Below are positions 38,035 to 48,441 of a DNA stretch of 64,000 nt, one piece after another. The notes under the pieces were generated by a model. The model did not search any database. It was given only the letters and a program-made list of their open reading frames with translations, and was not told the DNA's origin. The DNA comes from an uncultured bacterium (GTDB taxonomy: Bacteria > Bdellovibrionota_C > UBA2361 > CALJRW01): assembly GCA_937976335.1 (NCBI GenBank), contig CALJRW010000050.1:1335-65334 (forward strand). Reading direction: 5' to 3'. Each line of letters starts with the position of its first letter. The first letter of the stretch is position 1. Position numbers and translations under genes: made by a program.

Positions 38035-38610
38035 ATGACATGTAAAATCATAGCCTTTGCAGGAAGCACGAGAGAACAATCTTACAATAAGATGTTAGTA
38101 AAGATTGCGTTAGAAGGAGCAGAAAAAGCTGGTGCTAATGTTCAATTTGTAGACTTAAGAGATTATCCAATGCCTTTCTATGATGAAGATCTAGAAGGAA
38201 AGGAAGGAATACCTAAGAAAGCAAAAGAATTTAAAGAAATACTAAAAGCAAGTGATGGATTTCTTATTGCAAGTCCTGAATATAACAGCATGTTTTCTGG
38301 AGTATTAAAGAATGCAATTGACTGGGCTTCACGACCTGAGCCAGATGAAGGAAGACTTGTAGCATTTTCTGGCAAGTTTGCTGGAATTATGAGTGCCACT
38401 CCTGGTTCCCTTGGTGGAATTAGAGGGCTACCTGTTCTTAGGACGTTGTTAAATAACATTGGTGTTAATGTAGTTACTAGTCAGTATGCATTATCAAGTG
38501 CACACAAATCTTTTGATGAGTCAGGGAACTTAACTGACGCTAAAAAAGCCCAAACTATAAGAAGTATTGGGGAAGAAGTTGTTAAGTATGCAAATGCTTT
38601 AAAATTATAA
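38035..38610 (+). CDS. NAD(P)H-dependent FMN reductase (flavodoxin-like fold)
   Basis: IIAFAGSTREQSYN and SPEYNSMFSGVLKNAIDW motifs. Confidence 0.8.
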   Translation: MTCKIIAFAGSTREQSYNKMLVKIALEGAEKAGANVQFVDLRDYPMPFYDEDLEGKEGIPKKAKEFKEILKASDGFLIASPEYNSMFSGVLKNAIDWASRPEPDEGRLVAFSGKFAGIMSATPGSLGGIRGLPVLRTLLNNIGVNVVTSQYALSSAHKSFDESGNLTDAKKAQTIRSIGEEVVKYANALKL

Positions 38611-38676
38611 ATGATGTTAAGCTTTAGTATTTCCTAATTGCTGAGGCTTATATTTTATCGTTAAATATTACAAAGA

Positions 38677-40152
38677 ATGAAGGAAAAGTTAATAAAGTTT
38701 TATGAGCATCTAAAAGAACTCAATGCGCTTTACGGTACAAGTGCGCTTTTAGGTTGGGATAAATCAACTTACATGCCTAAAGGTGGTAGCAGTCATAGAG
38801 CCTATCAAATGTCTGTTTTATCGCAAATTATTCATAATAAATCTTTAGATAAAATTTTTGTAACTAATGTAGATAGTCTTTATGATAGTATTGATGAATT
38901 ATCTGATATTGATGCAGTAAATGTACGAGAAACAAAGCGAACTATTGATCAGGCTAGAAAACTTCCTGAAAAATTTGTAGTTCAGTTTAGTGAACTAAGA
39001 GAACTTTCTTCTTTTGAATGGGAAAAAGCTCGTCCTGGAAATGATTTTAAATCTATGATTCCTCATCTTGAAAAGTTAGTAGAGATGTCGAGACAAAAAG
39101 CTGAGTATCTTGGATATGAAGATTGCCCTTATGATGCTTTACATGATTTATATGAACCTGGCGCAACATATAAAAATACACGAGACATTTTAGTTCCTTG
39201 TGGAAAAGAATTGACTAGCCTAATTATGTCAATGAAAGATAAATATTCTTATTCTCAGAAACCTGTACCTCTTTCTTCTGATACTCAGTATAAACTATGT
39301 TGGGAACTTGCTAAGGATATCGGATATTTAGAATTCTCAGGGAGACTTGATAGTACAACTCATCCATATATGACTACTATTGGTCGTAATGATTCGAGAA
39401 TTCTCACTAACTATAGAGAAGATAATTTTCTATATTCAGTTTTTTGTACCATTCACGAAACTGGTCATGCTTTGTATAGTTTAGGTTATAAGGAAGAGCA
39501 TTTTGGGACTCCTATGGCAGCAGGGATTTCTTTAGGTATTCACGAAAGTCAGTCGAGGCTTTGGGAAAATCAAGTTGCGAGAAGTAAGGCTTATTCTGAG
39601 TATTTTTATAGAAAGCTAGAAAAATTTCATCCAGAACAAGCTAAAAAAATTAATACAGAAGAATTATGGTTAATGTGTAACAATGTAAAACCAGGTTTAA
39701 TTAGGACGGAAGCGGATGAAGTTACTTATACACTGCATATAATTGTTAGAATGATCATTGAAGCTGAGTTAATTGAAGGAGATATTGAAGTTATAGATCT
39801 GCCTAAACGTTGGGGAGATTTGTATGAAGAGTATCTAGGTGTAAAACCAAAGGACGATAAAGATGGGGTGATGCAAGATGTGCATTGGCAAACAGGATCT
39901 TTCGGGTATTTCCCGACATATGCTCTTGGAAACTTATATGCTGCTATGATGTATGAACAGGCTTTAGTAGATCTGCCTAGATTAGAAGTTGGTTTTGTAG
40001 ATGGAAATTTTGAACCTCTACTTAAATGGTTGAGAGTTAATGTTCATCAGCATGGAAAAAGGTATACAGGACGTGAACTTATTAAAAATATTACTGGAAA
40101 AGAGCTAGATTATAAACCTTTTATAACTTATTTGAAGAATAAATTCTCATGA
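38677..40152 (+). CDS. Carboxypeptidase Taq (M32) metallopeptidase
   Basis: HETGHALY HExxH motif, 491 aa. Confidence 0.8.
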   Translation: MKEKLIKFYEHLKELNALYGTSALLGWDKSTYMPKGGSSHRAYQMSVLSQIIHNKSLDKIFVTNVDSLYDSIDELSDIDAVNVRETKRTIDQARKLPEKFVVQFSELRELSSFEWEKARPGNDFKSMIPHLEKLVEMSRQKAEYLGYEDCPYDALHDLYEPGATYKNTRDILVPCGKELTSLIMSMKDKYSYSQKPVPLSSDTQYKLCWELAKDIGYLEFSGRLDSTTHPYMTTIGRNDSRILTNYREDNFLYSVFCTIHETGHALYSLGYKEEHFGTPMAAGISLGIHESQSRLWENQVARSKAYSEYFYRKLEKFHPEQAKKINTEELWLMCNNVKPGLIRTEADEVTYTLHIIVRMIIEAELIEGDIEVIDLPKRWGDLYEEYLGVKPKDDKDGVMQDVHWQTGSFGYFPTYALGNLYAAMMYEQALVDLPRLEVGFVDGNFEPLLKWLRVNVHQHGKRYTGRELIKNITGKELDYKPFITYLKNKFS

Positions 40153-40586
40153 AAAAAATTATTTTTTTATGCACTGCAAACTCATGTAGAAGTCAAATGG
40201 CGGAGGGTTTTGCAAAAAAGTATTTTCCAAACCTCTCAGTTTTTTCAGCTGGAACTAAACCAAGCACTGTAAATCATTATGCAATAGGTGTGATGCAAGA
40301 AGTAGGAATCGACCTATCTTCGAATACTTCCAAATCTATTCTTTCTCTTAAAGATATTACGTTTGACGTAGCAATTACGGTTTGTAATAACGCAAAAGAA
40401 AATTGCCCAGTACTTCCTGGTGTTAAGATAGTCCACAAAAGCTTCAGAGATCCCCCTGAACTAGCCGCCTCTTTTGAAAAGGAGGAAGATAAAATTAATT
40501 GTTTCAGAGAAGTGCGAGATGAAATAGAACATTTCATTAAAAACGATTTAGAGCCTTATCTAAACAGTTTCTCAGAGAGTTCGTGA
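40149..40586 (+). CDS. Low-molecular-weight phosphotyrosine phosphatase family / ArsC-type arsenate reductase
   Basis: CTANSCRSQMAE CX5R P-loop. Start overlaps the upstream stop (ATGA). Confidence 0.75.
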   Translation: MKKIIFLCTANSCRSQMAEGFAKKYFPNLSVFSAGTKPSTVNHYAIGVMQEVGIDLSSNTSKSILSLKDITFDVAITVCNNAKENCPVLPGVKIVHKSFRDPPELAASFEKEEDKINCFREVRDEIEHFIKNDLEPYLNSFSESS

Positions 40587-41004
40587 AAATAAGATAAATT
40601 AAAATGATTTCAAATCTAGAAAAATAATCAAAGGTATCAATTGTTTATTGTTAAATAAGAATACTATTTTTCTAAAAATAGCATAAAAAATATATTTTAA
40701 ATGAAAAAATAAGAATTTTGAAAACAAAATTGTCCTTAAATTGAAGTTGATTATAAAAAGCATTAAATTATAAAGCCTTGAGAACAATAGATAAGTTAAG
40801 TAAAATTTAAAGATTTTAAATCTTATTTTTAAAATTAATGACCACGAACTCTCTGAGAGAACGGGCTAAGAACGGGCTAAGGTTTCCCTAAGACATTGAT
40901 TGAGATAAGTATAGCTTAACATGCTGTATTCATTAAAGAAACTATAGCAGCAGCACTTGATTTGTTACATTCAAAAGATTAGATTAATCAAACAGTAGAA
41001 TCTT

Positions 41005-41523
41005 ATGTTTAAACAACTTCTTACCTTCATACTTTTATTTATTAACTGGATAATTTTCTCAGGGAAATTTGATTTATTTCATATAGCTATTGGTCTGATT
41101 GCTGCATTGATTGTAAGCCTTTTATCAGGGCATTTTGTTTTTGATTCGCCAAACAGAAAAGTAAAAGATTATTTAAGAACAGCTATAAAAATGCCGTTTT
41201 ACATTGTTTGGCTATTTTGGAATATCCTAAAATCAAACTTTTATGTAATTTATCTTGCGTTTCATCCAAATATGAAAAAAATCATCTCTCCTAGATTATT
41301 ACAAATTAAAACTAATGATTTAAAAGATGAATTTTCAAGATACGTTTTTGCTCAATCTGTTACACTAACTCCTGGAACAGTAACTGTTCTTGCTGAAAGC
41401 GATGTATTTACTATTCACGCAATTAGCGATTATGCCGCTGAATCTTTGCCTAATCCATTAGAGAGTAAAGTTAAAAATACTTTCGAACCAATTGCAATAA
41501 ATAATTTAGAGGAAAATGTATGA
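41005..41523 (+). CDS. Mrp/Mnh cation:proton antiporter subunit E-like
   Basis: 172 aa. First gene of the operon, MnhE-like size and topology. Confidence 0.5.
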   Translation: MFKQLLTFILLFINWIIFSGKFDLFHIAIGLIAALIVSLLSGHFVFDSPNRKVKDYLRTAIKMPFYIVWLFWNILKSNFYVIYLAFHPNMKKIISPRLLQIKTNDLKDEFSRYVFAQSVTLTPGTVTVLAESDVFTIHAISDYAAESLPNPLESKVKNTFEPIAINNLEENV

Positions 41524-41804
41524 TTAGTTTTTTTATAGCAATTTGTATTGCTCTTTTACTTATGATGTTTGGTGTGCTTTATAGAATTTATGTTGGTCCG
41601 ACCCCAATTGATAGAATGATAGCAGTGAATATTATCGGCGCTAAAACAACAACTTTAATTGTTTTAGTTGGTTTTATTTTTGAACAAGAAGATCTCTATG
41701 TTGATTTATCGCTTGCGTATGCAATGCTTAATTTTATTGCATCAATTGCAGCTTCGAATTTTATAAAACGTAGAGGTGCTAAAAATTTATGGATGGTTGG
41801 ATAA
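41520..41804 (+). CDS. Mrp/Mnh antiporter subunit F-like
   Basis: 94 aa, three TM helices. Confidence 0.5.
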   Translation: MISFFIAICIALLLMMFGVLYRIYVGPTPIDRMIAVNIIGAKTTTLIVLVGFIFEQEDLYVDLSLAYAMLNFIASIAASNFIKRRGAKNLWMVG

Positions 41805-42151
41805 TGATTGAACTAATAGTTAAAATTTTACTTATTTCTGGTACTTTCTTTTTTCTCGGAACAGTTGTTGGTTTAATTAGATTCCCAGACTTTTTTACAA
41901 GAGTACACGCGGCGTCGAAAGGAGATACTCTATCTTCAATTATGCTTCTCTCTGGACTTGCTATATATAATTTAAGTGAAAATAGTTTTGATTCTTTGCT
42001 GGTAAGCTTAAAAATAGTTTTAATTATAGCATTTGTTTTTATTGCTAGTCCTGCCGCAGCACATTCACTTACTGAAGCTGGCTTTCTAGCTGGATATAGA
42101 CCTTGGACTAATGACTTAGTAGATGAGAAAGAAAAAGAGGAAGAAAAATAA
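41789..42151 (+). CDS. Mrp/Mnh antiporter subunit G-like
   Basis: 120 aa, three TM helices. Confidence 0.5.
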   Translation: MDGWIMIELIVKILLISGTFFFLGTVVGLIRFPDFFTRVHAASKGDTLSSIMLLSGLAIYNLSENSFDSLLVSLKIVLIIAFVFIASPAAAHSLTEAGFLAGYRPWTNDLVDEKEKEEEK

Positions 42152-42397
42152 ATGTTAGCTTTGTTAAATTTTGTACTCTTACTTTTGTTAATTTTGACTG
42201 CAATTCTTGCAATTCACGTTAAGGATAATTTAACAGCAGTTTTTACACTTTCAGCATATAGTTTTCTAATTTGTCTTGTATATGCAGAACTTGGTGCTCC
42301 GGATGTAGCCTTTACTGAAGCAACAGTAGGAGCTGGTGTCAGTACGGTTTTATTTGTCGCTGCAATTTTGCACACTACTAAAAGGAGTTCTGATTAA
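42152..42397 (+). CDS. Small membrane protein (MnhB N-terminal-like)
   Basis: 81 aa, two to three TM helices. Confidence 0.35.
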   Translation: MLALLNFVLLLLLILTAILAIHVKDNLTAVFTLSAYSFLICLVYAELGAPDVAFTEATVGAGVSTVLFVAAILHTTKRSSD

Positions 42398-43137
42398 TGT
42401 TTAAAGTTTCTAGATTATTAGTAATTTTACTACTACTAATATTTGGTTTTTTTCTAGTTAGTGGTATTGGAGAATTGCCTCTTTTTGGAAACCCCTCAAA
42501 CCCTGTTCATAAACAAGCTGGAAATTATTATTTAGAACATGCTGAAATTGAAATGGAATCGCCTAATGTTGTAACTGCAGTTTTGGCAGATTATAGAGCA
42601 GTTGATACCTTACTTGAAACGACAGTTGTATTACTAGCTGGTTTTGCAGTGATGTTAGTACTATTTTCAACTGGAAATATTTCTAAGTTTGAAGAGGTTG
42701 TTAACTCTAGTTATATTCTTAAAATAAGTACAAAGCTTTTAATTCCTCCTGTTCAACTTTTTGCCCTATACGTTCTAGCACATGGTCACCATAGTCCAGG
42801 AGGAGGTTTTCAGTGTGGAGTTATCTTAGGTTCTTCCTTAATACTGCAAGCTTTAGTCTTTGGAGTCAAAGAAACTCTTAATAAATATCCGCCTAAGCGC
42901 ATCATTAATGTCGCTATTTTTGGAGTTTTGATCTTTTATAGCATAGGCTTAATCTGTTTTATTCAAGGAGGAAATTTTTTAGATTATTCTCAACTTCAAA
43001 GTATTTTATCTACGACAGAATCACACACGCGGTCTTTAGGAATATTATTTGTAGAAATAGGAGTATCTCTTACTGTTATGTCTGTAATTTATTTAATGTA
43101 TATATTCTTAATTACCAAAGGTGAAGTCAATAATTAG
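42397..43137 (+). CDS. Mrp/Mnh antiporter subunit B-like membrane protein
   Basis: 246 aa polytopic. Confidence 0.45.
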   Translation: MFKVSRLLVILLLLIFGFFLVSGIGELPLFGNPSNPVHKQAGNYYLEHAEIEMESPNVVTAVLADYRAVDTLLETTVVLLAGFAVMLVLFSTGNISKFEEVVNSSYILKISTKLLIPPVQLFALYVLAHGHHSPGGGFQCGVILGSSLILQALVFGVKETLNKYPPKRIINVAIFGVLIFYSIGLICFIQGGNFLDYSQLQSILSTTESHTRSLGILFVEIGVSLTVMSVIYLMYIFLITKGEVNN

Positions 43138-43139
43138 TT

Positions 43140-43535
43140 ATGAAATCTTTTTTTAAAAATATAATTTTAGGTCAATTTAACTATCTTGCTGCTGTGGCTT
43201 TAATTTTAATAGGTCTATACGCAGTTACTTATAAAAGATCTTTTTTAAAAAAAATTATTGGATTAACAATTTTTCAAACAGCAATAATTTTATTTTTTAT
43301 ATCAATTGGTTATAAAGTAGGAGCTTCTGCTCCAGTAATTCCTCATGGAAAAGGTCATGAATTTCAAAATTTTTTATTCCAAAATCCCTTACCTCAAGTT
43401 CTTATGCTTACAGCAATAGTTGTTGGAGTTGCGGTTACAGGTTTAGCTTTAGCCTTGCTTGAAAAAATTTATGATGAATATGGTTCAATTGAAGAAAATG
43501 AAATTCTTGAGCAGTTAAGGAAAGATGATGCCTGA
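43140..43535 (+). CDS. Mrp subunit C (NuoK-like)
   Basis: 131 aa, three TM helices. Confidence 0.5.
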   Translation: MKSFFKNIILGQFNYLAAVALILIGLYAVTYKRSFLKKIIGLTIFQTAIILFFISIGYKVGASAPVIPHGKGHEFQNFLFQNPLPQVLMLTAIVVGVAVTGLALALLEKIYDEYGSIEENEILEQLRKDDA

Positions 43536-44961
43536 AAGAATTTCAATTTTAATTATTTTAATTCCTTTTATAGGGGCGCTGTTATTTCCATTGCTGAAAC
43601 ATAACATTGCTAAATATTTATCTTTAATTGTTTCAATGTTAATACTTTTTTTAGCAATTTTTATATTTTCTAATATCCTTAATAATAATCCCTTTGAATA
43701 CAATCTTGGTGGATGGAAAAGAGATGTTGGTGTTGCCTTTTGGTTCAATAAATTTAATCTCATTTTTTGTATAGTCCTATCTTCGATTTATTTGTTAACA
43801 CAGATTTTTTTCATTCCTCATTATCACATCATATATGGTAAAAAACTCACTAAGTTTCTTTCTCTTCAAGCTTTATTTTTTATGAGTTGCTTCGGTCTTA
43901 TTTTGACTGCAGATATTTTTAATTTATATGTTTTTTTAGAAATAAGTGCTTTATCCAGTTATGCATTAATTGCTCTTGGTAAAGGGCGAGCTTATGTTGC
44001 AAGTCTTAGATACTTAATTTTAGGAAGCGTTGGGGCATCGCTATATCTTCTTGGTGTTGGTTTTTTGTTTGCTAAATTTGGTACTTTAAATATTTTTGAA
44101 TTGCAAAGCATTGTTCAAAATCAAGTGCTAGGACGTTCGACTTTTGTTTCCCTTGTATTAATTATTCTTGGCTTACTTCTTAAAATGGGACAGTTTCCTT
44201 TCTATATTTGGCTGCCAGAAGCTTATGAACATTCACCAACAAGCGTTTCTACTTTTATGGCACCTATTTCAACTAAAGTTTCTGCATTCTTACTTTTTAA
44301 AGTGCTTCTAGGTGTTTTTTCTATCTCTCAAATCAAGAACCTTTTACCTGAAAGCACTTTTTTTGTACATTTAGCAACTGTATCTATTTTTTATTTTGGC
44401 GCTATCTCTATTCGACAAAACTGTTTAAAAAAAATGTTACTATGTGTTTTATTAGCTGAAATATCATACCTTACTGGCAGTTTTTGGATTCTATCTAAAT
44501 CAAGTTTAAGTGCATTTTCATTTCATATAATCTCTGATTCTTTAATGATTTTTGCAGGATTTGTATGTATTGCTGCAATTGAGTATTTAAATAAATCAAG
44601 CCAATTTAAAGATCTAAAAGGTATTGGTAGAAAGATGCCTTTTACAACAATGTGCTTTATCTTAGCTCTATTAAGTCTTATTGGATTGCCGCCAATGTGT
44701 GGTTTTTTTAGTAAATTTTATATTATTTTAGGTGCATTTAAAGAGCAACATTTTCTATTTGGAGCCTCTCTTCTATTTTCTAGTTTGATGTTAGTTATTG
44801 CTACTTATAAATTAATTCCAATTTTGTTTTTTGAAGATTATAAAAAAATAGCAAGTTCACGTGATGTTCCCTTAAGAATGAAATTTGTTTTAGCATGTTC
44901 TATTTTAAGTTTATTTTTTGTAGGGATTTTTTCTGGTAGTTTAATGAAATTAATAAGTTAA
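43525..44961 (+). CDS. Mrp subunit D / NuoN-M-like proton-pumping subunit
   Basis: 478 aa, about 14 TM helices, NuoL/M/N-type. Confidence 0.65.
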   Translation: MMPERISILIILIPFIGALLFPLLKHNIAKYLSLIVSMLILFLAIFIFSNILNNNPFEYNLGGWKRDVGVAFWFNKFNLIFCIVLSSIYLLTQIFFIPHYHIIYGKKLTKFLSLQALFFMSCFGLILTADIFNLYVFLEISALSSYALIALGKGRAYVASLRYLILGSVGASLYLLGVGFLFAKFGTLNIFELQSIVQNQVLGRSTFVSLVLIILGLLLKMGQFPFYIWLPEAYEHSPTSVSTFMAPISTKVSAFLLFKVLLGVFSISQIKNLLPESTFFVHLATVSIFYFGAISIRQNCLKKMLLCVLLAEISYLTGSFWILSKSSLSAFSFHIISDSLMIFAGFVCIAAIEYLNKSSQFKDLKGIGRKMPFTTMCFILALLSLIGLPPMCGFFSKFYIILGAFKEQHFLFGASLLFSSLMLVIATYKLIPILFFEDYKKIASSRDVPLRMKFVLACSILSLFFVGIFSGSLMKLIS

Positions 44962-44966
44962 AATTT

Positions 44967-46391
44967 ATGTTTTGTGTGTACTATATCTTAATTCCTTTAA
45001 TTGTATTTTTACTTACTTTTGTAATGTTAAAAGTTAAATATAGTGGTGCATTTTTTAACATTGTTGGATCTTTATCATTAATTTTTCTTTTGTTTTCTTC
45101 TCAGTTCAAATTATCCACTATTTCAATTATAGAGTTTTTGCCAAATGCTTCTTTGGCTTTTGCTACATCTAATTTTTCATTTATTTTTGCTACTTTAGTT
45201 GCGTTCTTGTGGTTCGTTACAGTTATATACTCAATGGGTTATTTAAGAACTTTAGATGACAAAAAGGAAAATAAATTTTTCATGTTTTTTGCAATTTCTA
45301 TATTTTCTGCTTTAGGTGTTGCATTTTCTTCTAATTTATTCACTATGTATCTTTTTTATGAGTTGCTAACAATTTCAACTTTTCCTTTAGTTTCTCACTA
45401 TCAAGATAGTCAAGCTGTAAGCTCTGGAAGAAAATATGTTCTATTTATTTTAGGAAGTTCTATATGTCTTTTGCTTCCAGCACTTATTTTGCTTTATTCT
45501 TTCACGGGAACACTTGAGTTTGATCAAGCTCAGCTAGTTGCAAATAATGTTCCAAGGCAAATGTTTTTAATAATTGTCCTAATGTTTTTATTTGGTTTTG
45601 CTAAATCTGCCTTAATGCCATTTCATTTTTGGCTTCCTGGTGCAATGGTGGCGCCAACTCCAGTAAGTGCCTTATTACATGCAGTTGCGGTGGTGAAAGT
45701 AGGTGTATTTTGTCTTTATAAGGTTTTTTATCATACCTTAGGTTTTGAGAATTTCTATCATCTTCCATATTTCAAGAACGTACTAATTATCATTTCATCT
45801 GTTACAGTAATTTTATCTTCTATTATTGCAATCAATCAAGATGGTTTAAAAAAACGTCTTGCCTATTCAACAATAAGTCAATTGGGCTATATTATCTTAG
45901 GTATAGTACTTTTTTCACAAACAGCTCTCCTCGGTGCTTCTCTTCATATTGTCAGTCATGCTTTTTCTAAAATTACTTTATTTTTTTGCGCGGGAGCAAT
46001 CTATGTCGTAACGCATAAAAAGTATATTAGTGAATTGAAAGGTTTAGGATACAAAATGCCAATTACTTTTTCTTGTTTTTTAATTGGATCTTTAGGAATC
46101 ATAGGTTTCCCTTTTACTGGAGGATTTATTAGTAAATGGCAACTTTTAAAGGGAAGTCTAGAAGCTGGTCAGCCTTTAGTATTTTGTATTTTTTTGCTTG
46201 GCTCTTTTATTGCGGCACTTTATCTCTTGCCTGTGATTTTTACTGCTTATCAAAAAAATCCTAACTTTGAGGAAGCATCGATTTCAGAAGCTCCTATTTA
46301 TTGTCTTATACCAATAATAATTACAGCTTCAATGAGTATTATGATATTTTTTTGTAACGATTTTTTAATTGAGGTTCTTCGTGTCAAATAA
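44967..46391 (+). CDS. Second Mrp D-like / NuoM-like subunit
   Basis: 474 aa. WLPGAMVAPTPVSALLHA... conserved NuoL/M/N region. Confidence 0.7.
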   Translation: MFCVYYILIPLIVFLLTFVMLKVKYSGAFFNIVGSLSLIFLLFSSQFKLSTISIIEFLPNASLAFATSNFSFIFATLVAFLWFVTVIYSMGYLRTLDDKKENKFFMFFAISIFSALGVAFSSNLFTMYLFYELLTISTFPLVSHYQDSQAVSSGRKYVLFILGSSICLLLPALILLYSFTGTLEFDQAQLVANNVPRQMFLIIVLMFLFGFAKSALMPFHFWLPGAMVAPTPVSALLHAVAVVKVGVFCLYKVFYHTLGFENFYHLPYFKNVLIIISSVTVILSSIIAINQDGLKKRLAYSTISQLGYIILGIVLFSQTALLGASLHIVSHAFSKITLFFCAGAIYVVTHKKYISELKGLGYKMPITFSCFLIGSLGIIGFPFTGGFISKWQLLKGSLEAGQPLVFCIFLLGSFIAALYLLPVIFTAYQKNPNFEEASISEAPIYCLIPIIITASMSIMIFFCNDFLIEVLRVK

Positions 46392-46617
46392 ACTTTTTAA
46401 GAGCAAACAAACTATCAAAGTAATATGGTTTTTTCTAATCTTTTTTTGTGTATTAAGTTTTTTTCTTCTACCAAAATTAGATGAAATACATTTTGCTGTA
46501 GAGTCCATTTTTTGCTTTTATGGACTTTTTGGTTTTTTTGCTTTTATTTTTATTGTGCTTGTTGCAAAACACTTAATTCGACCAATTGTTGAAAGAAAGG
46601 AGGATTATTATGATTAG
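46369..46617 (+). CDS. Small hydrophobic protein within the mrp operon
   Basis: 82 aa, two TM helices. Confidence 0.3.
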   Translation: MRFFVSNKLFKSKQTIKVIWFFLIFFCVLSFFLLPKLDEIHFAVESIFCFYGLFGFFAFIFIVLVAKHLIRPIVERKEDYYD

Positions 46618-48262
46618 TTTTCCTCCATTCTTGTTATTATTTTTTGGAGCATTCTTAGTATTTTTCATTAAATCAAAAATTTTAAAAATTGTAGCTGTAG
46701 CTATTCCTATTATTAGTTTAATAAATTTTCTATTTCTAGATTTGTCTTACTCACATGAATTTGTTTTTTTAGGACAAAATCTCAAGTTAGTTTCTATTGA
46801 TGGTCTAAGTTATCTATTTATAGTCTTATTTCATGTAATTACAATATTAGGAATTATTTATAGCCTACATTTAGATAAGCCAATTTATTATTTTGCAGGC
46901 TTATTTTACTCAGCTTCTGCCATTGCTGTAGTTTGTGCAGGAGATATGCTTAGTATGTTTTTTTTCTGGGAACTACTATCTATTGGAGCAATCCCTTTTA
47001 TATATCTTGGTAGTTTTAAAAGTTCTGAAAAGTCTGCTTTTAGATATTTAATTTATCATGTTATTGGAGGTCTAGTTTTACTTTCTGGTATTTTCGTTCA
47101 TTACATTGAGTTTCAATCATTTGCTTACAAAGTCCTAACACTTAATTGTTTAAGTTCATGGCTTATTTTTATAGGTTTAGGAGTAAATGTTGGTTTTCCT
47201 TTTCTCCACACTTGGATAATTGATTCGTATCCTAAAGCTACTATTCCTGGGATAATTTTTTTAAGTGCATTTACTACTAAAACTGCAGTTTACGCCTTTT
47301 GTCGTCTTTTCCCAGGTTGCGAGCTACTTGTTTTGCTAGGTGCTGTAATGACAATCTTTCCCATTTTTTATGCTGTTTTAGAAAATGATTTAAGAAAGGT
47401 ACTGTCTTACAGTCTTATTAATCAAGTTGGTTTTATGCTAGTTGGAATTGGTATTGGTACAGGCTTATCTCTTGCAGGTGCTATAAGCCATGTTGTCGCA
47501 GATGTGTTTTTCAAATCTCTTTTATTTATGTCTGTTGGTGCGGTGATGTATAGAACGGGTAAGTATCGAGCTACTGATTTAGGAGGTTTATACAAATCAA
47601 TGCCTATAACTTGTGTGTTTTGTCTAATAGGCGCTTTGAGTATCTCAGGCCTTCCTTTTTTCTCGGCTTTTGTTACAAAGTCAATGATTATTTCTTCAGC
47701 TGCAAATGAACATAATATATTAATATGGTTAATACTTCTTTTTGCTTCAGCAGGTGTTTTGGAACATGCAGGAATTAAAATTCCATTTTTCACATTTTTC
47801 TCTCATGACTCAGGTTTACGCACTAAGGAAGCGCCAATACATATGTTAATTCCAATGGGCATATTGTCTTTAATATCTATTTTGATAGGCTGCTTTCCTC
47901 AATCATTTTATGCTTTGATTCCTTTTGATTTTGCCTATAAACCTTTTACATATTCACATTTTTTTGCCCAAATGCAACTCCTTTCATTTGCAGTGTTAGC
48001 TTTTGCATTTTTAGTTGCTTATAAAATTTATCCTGAAGAAAAAGAGTCTACTAATTTAGATGTTGACGTGTTTTATAGAAAGTTTTTTTCTCTTATATCA
48101 AAAGTTGTGAAAAGAGTTGATTCTATCTGTAGTGCTGTAAGTTCTAATCTTGCTAGTGAGATTAGTAAAATCAACCTTCATTTACCTCGTATTCCTAGCG
48201 ATATTGGTGTCGGTTTAGTACTATCACTCATTACTTTTGCTCTTTTTCTGTTTTTTAATTAA
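46586..48262 (+). CDS. Third NuoL/MrpA-like antiporter subunit
   Basis: 558 aa polytopic, NuoL/M/N-type core. Confidence 0.6.
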   Translation: MLKERRIIMISFPPFLLLFFGAFLVFFIKSKILKIVAVAIPIISLINFLFLDLSYSHEFVFLGQNLKLVSIDGLSYLFIVLFHVITILGIIYSLHLDKPIYYFAGLFYSASAIAVVCAGDMLSMFFFWELLSIGAIPFIYLGSFKSSEKSAFRYLIYHVIGGLVLLSGIFVHYIEFQSFAYKVLTLNCLSSWLIFIGLGVNVGFPFLHTWIIDSYPKATIPGIIFLSAFTTKTAVYAFCRLFPGCELLVLLGAVMTIFPIFYAVLENDLRKVLSYSLINQVGFMLVGIGIGTGLSLAGAISHVVADVFFKSLLFMSVGAVMYRTGKYRATDLGGLYKSMPITCVFCLIGALSISGLPFFSAFVTKSMIISSAANEHNILIWLILLFASAGVLEHAGIKIPFFTFFSHDSGLRTKEAPIHMLIPMGILSLISILIGCFPQSFYALIPFDFAYKPFTYSHFFAQMQLLSFAVLAFAFLVAYKIYPEEKESTNLDVDVFYRKFFSLISKVVKRVDSICSAVSSNLASEISKINLHLPRIPSDIGVGLVLSLITFALFLFFN

Positions 48263-48441
48263 GAAATTCTTTTTAGGACACACTATATTCCCCTTTACTT
48301 TAGTTTAGACTTTGATTAGATTTAAACTTGAATAATGGATAAGAGAGCTACTACTAAAGCTAAACTAAAAATTTTTATCTTAGATTTTTTATGTATGCTT
48401 CTTAATTCAGGTTTTAAGAAAATGTAATTTATGGAGTAAAT

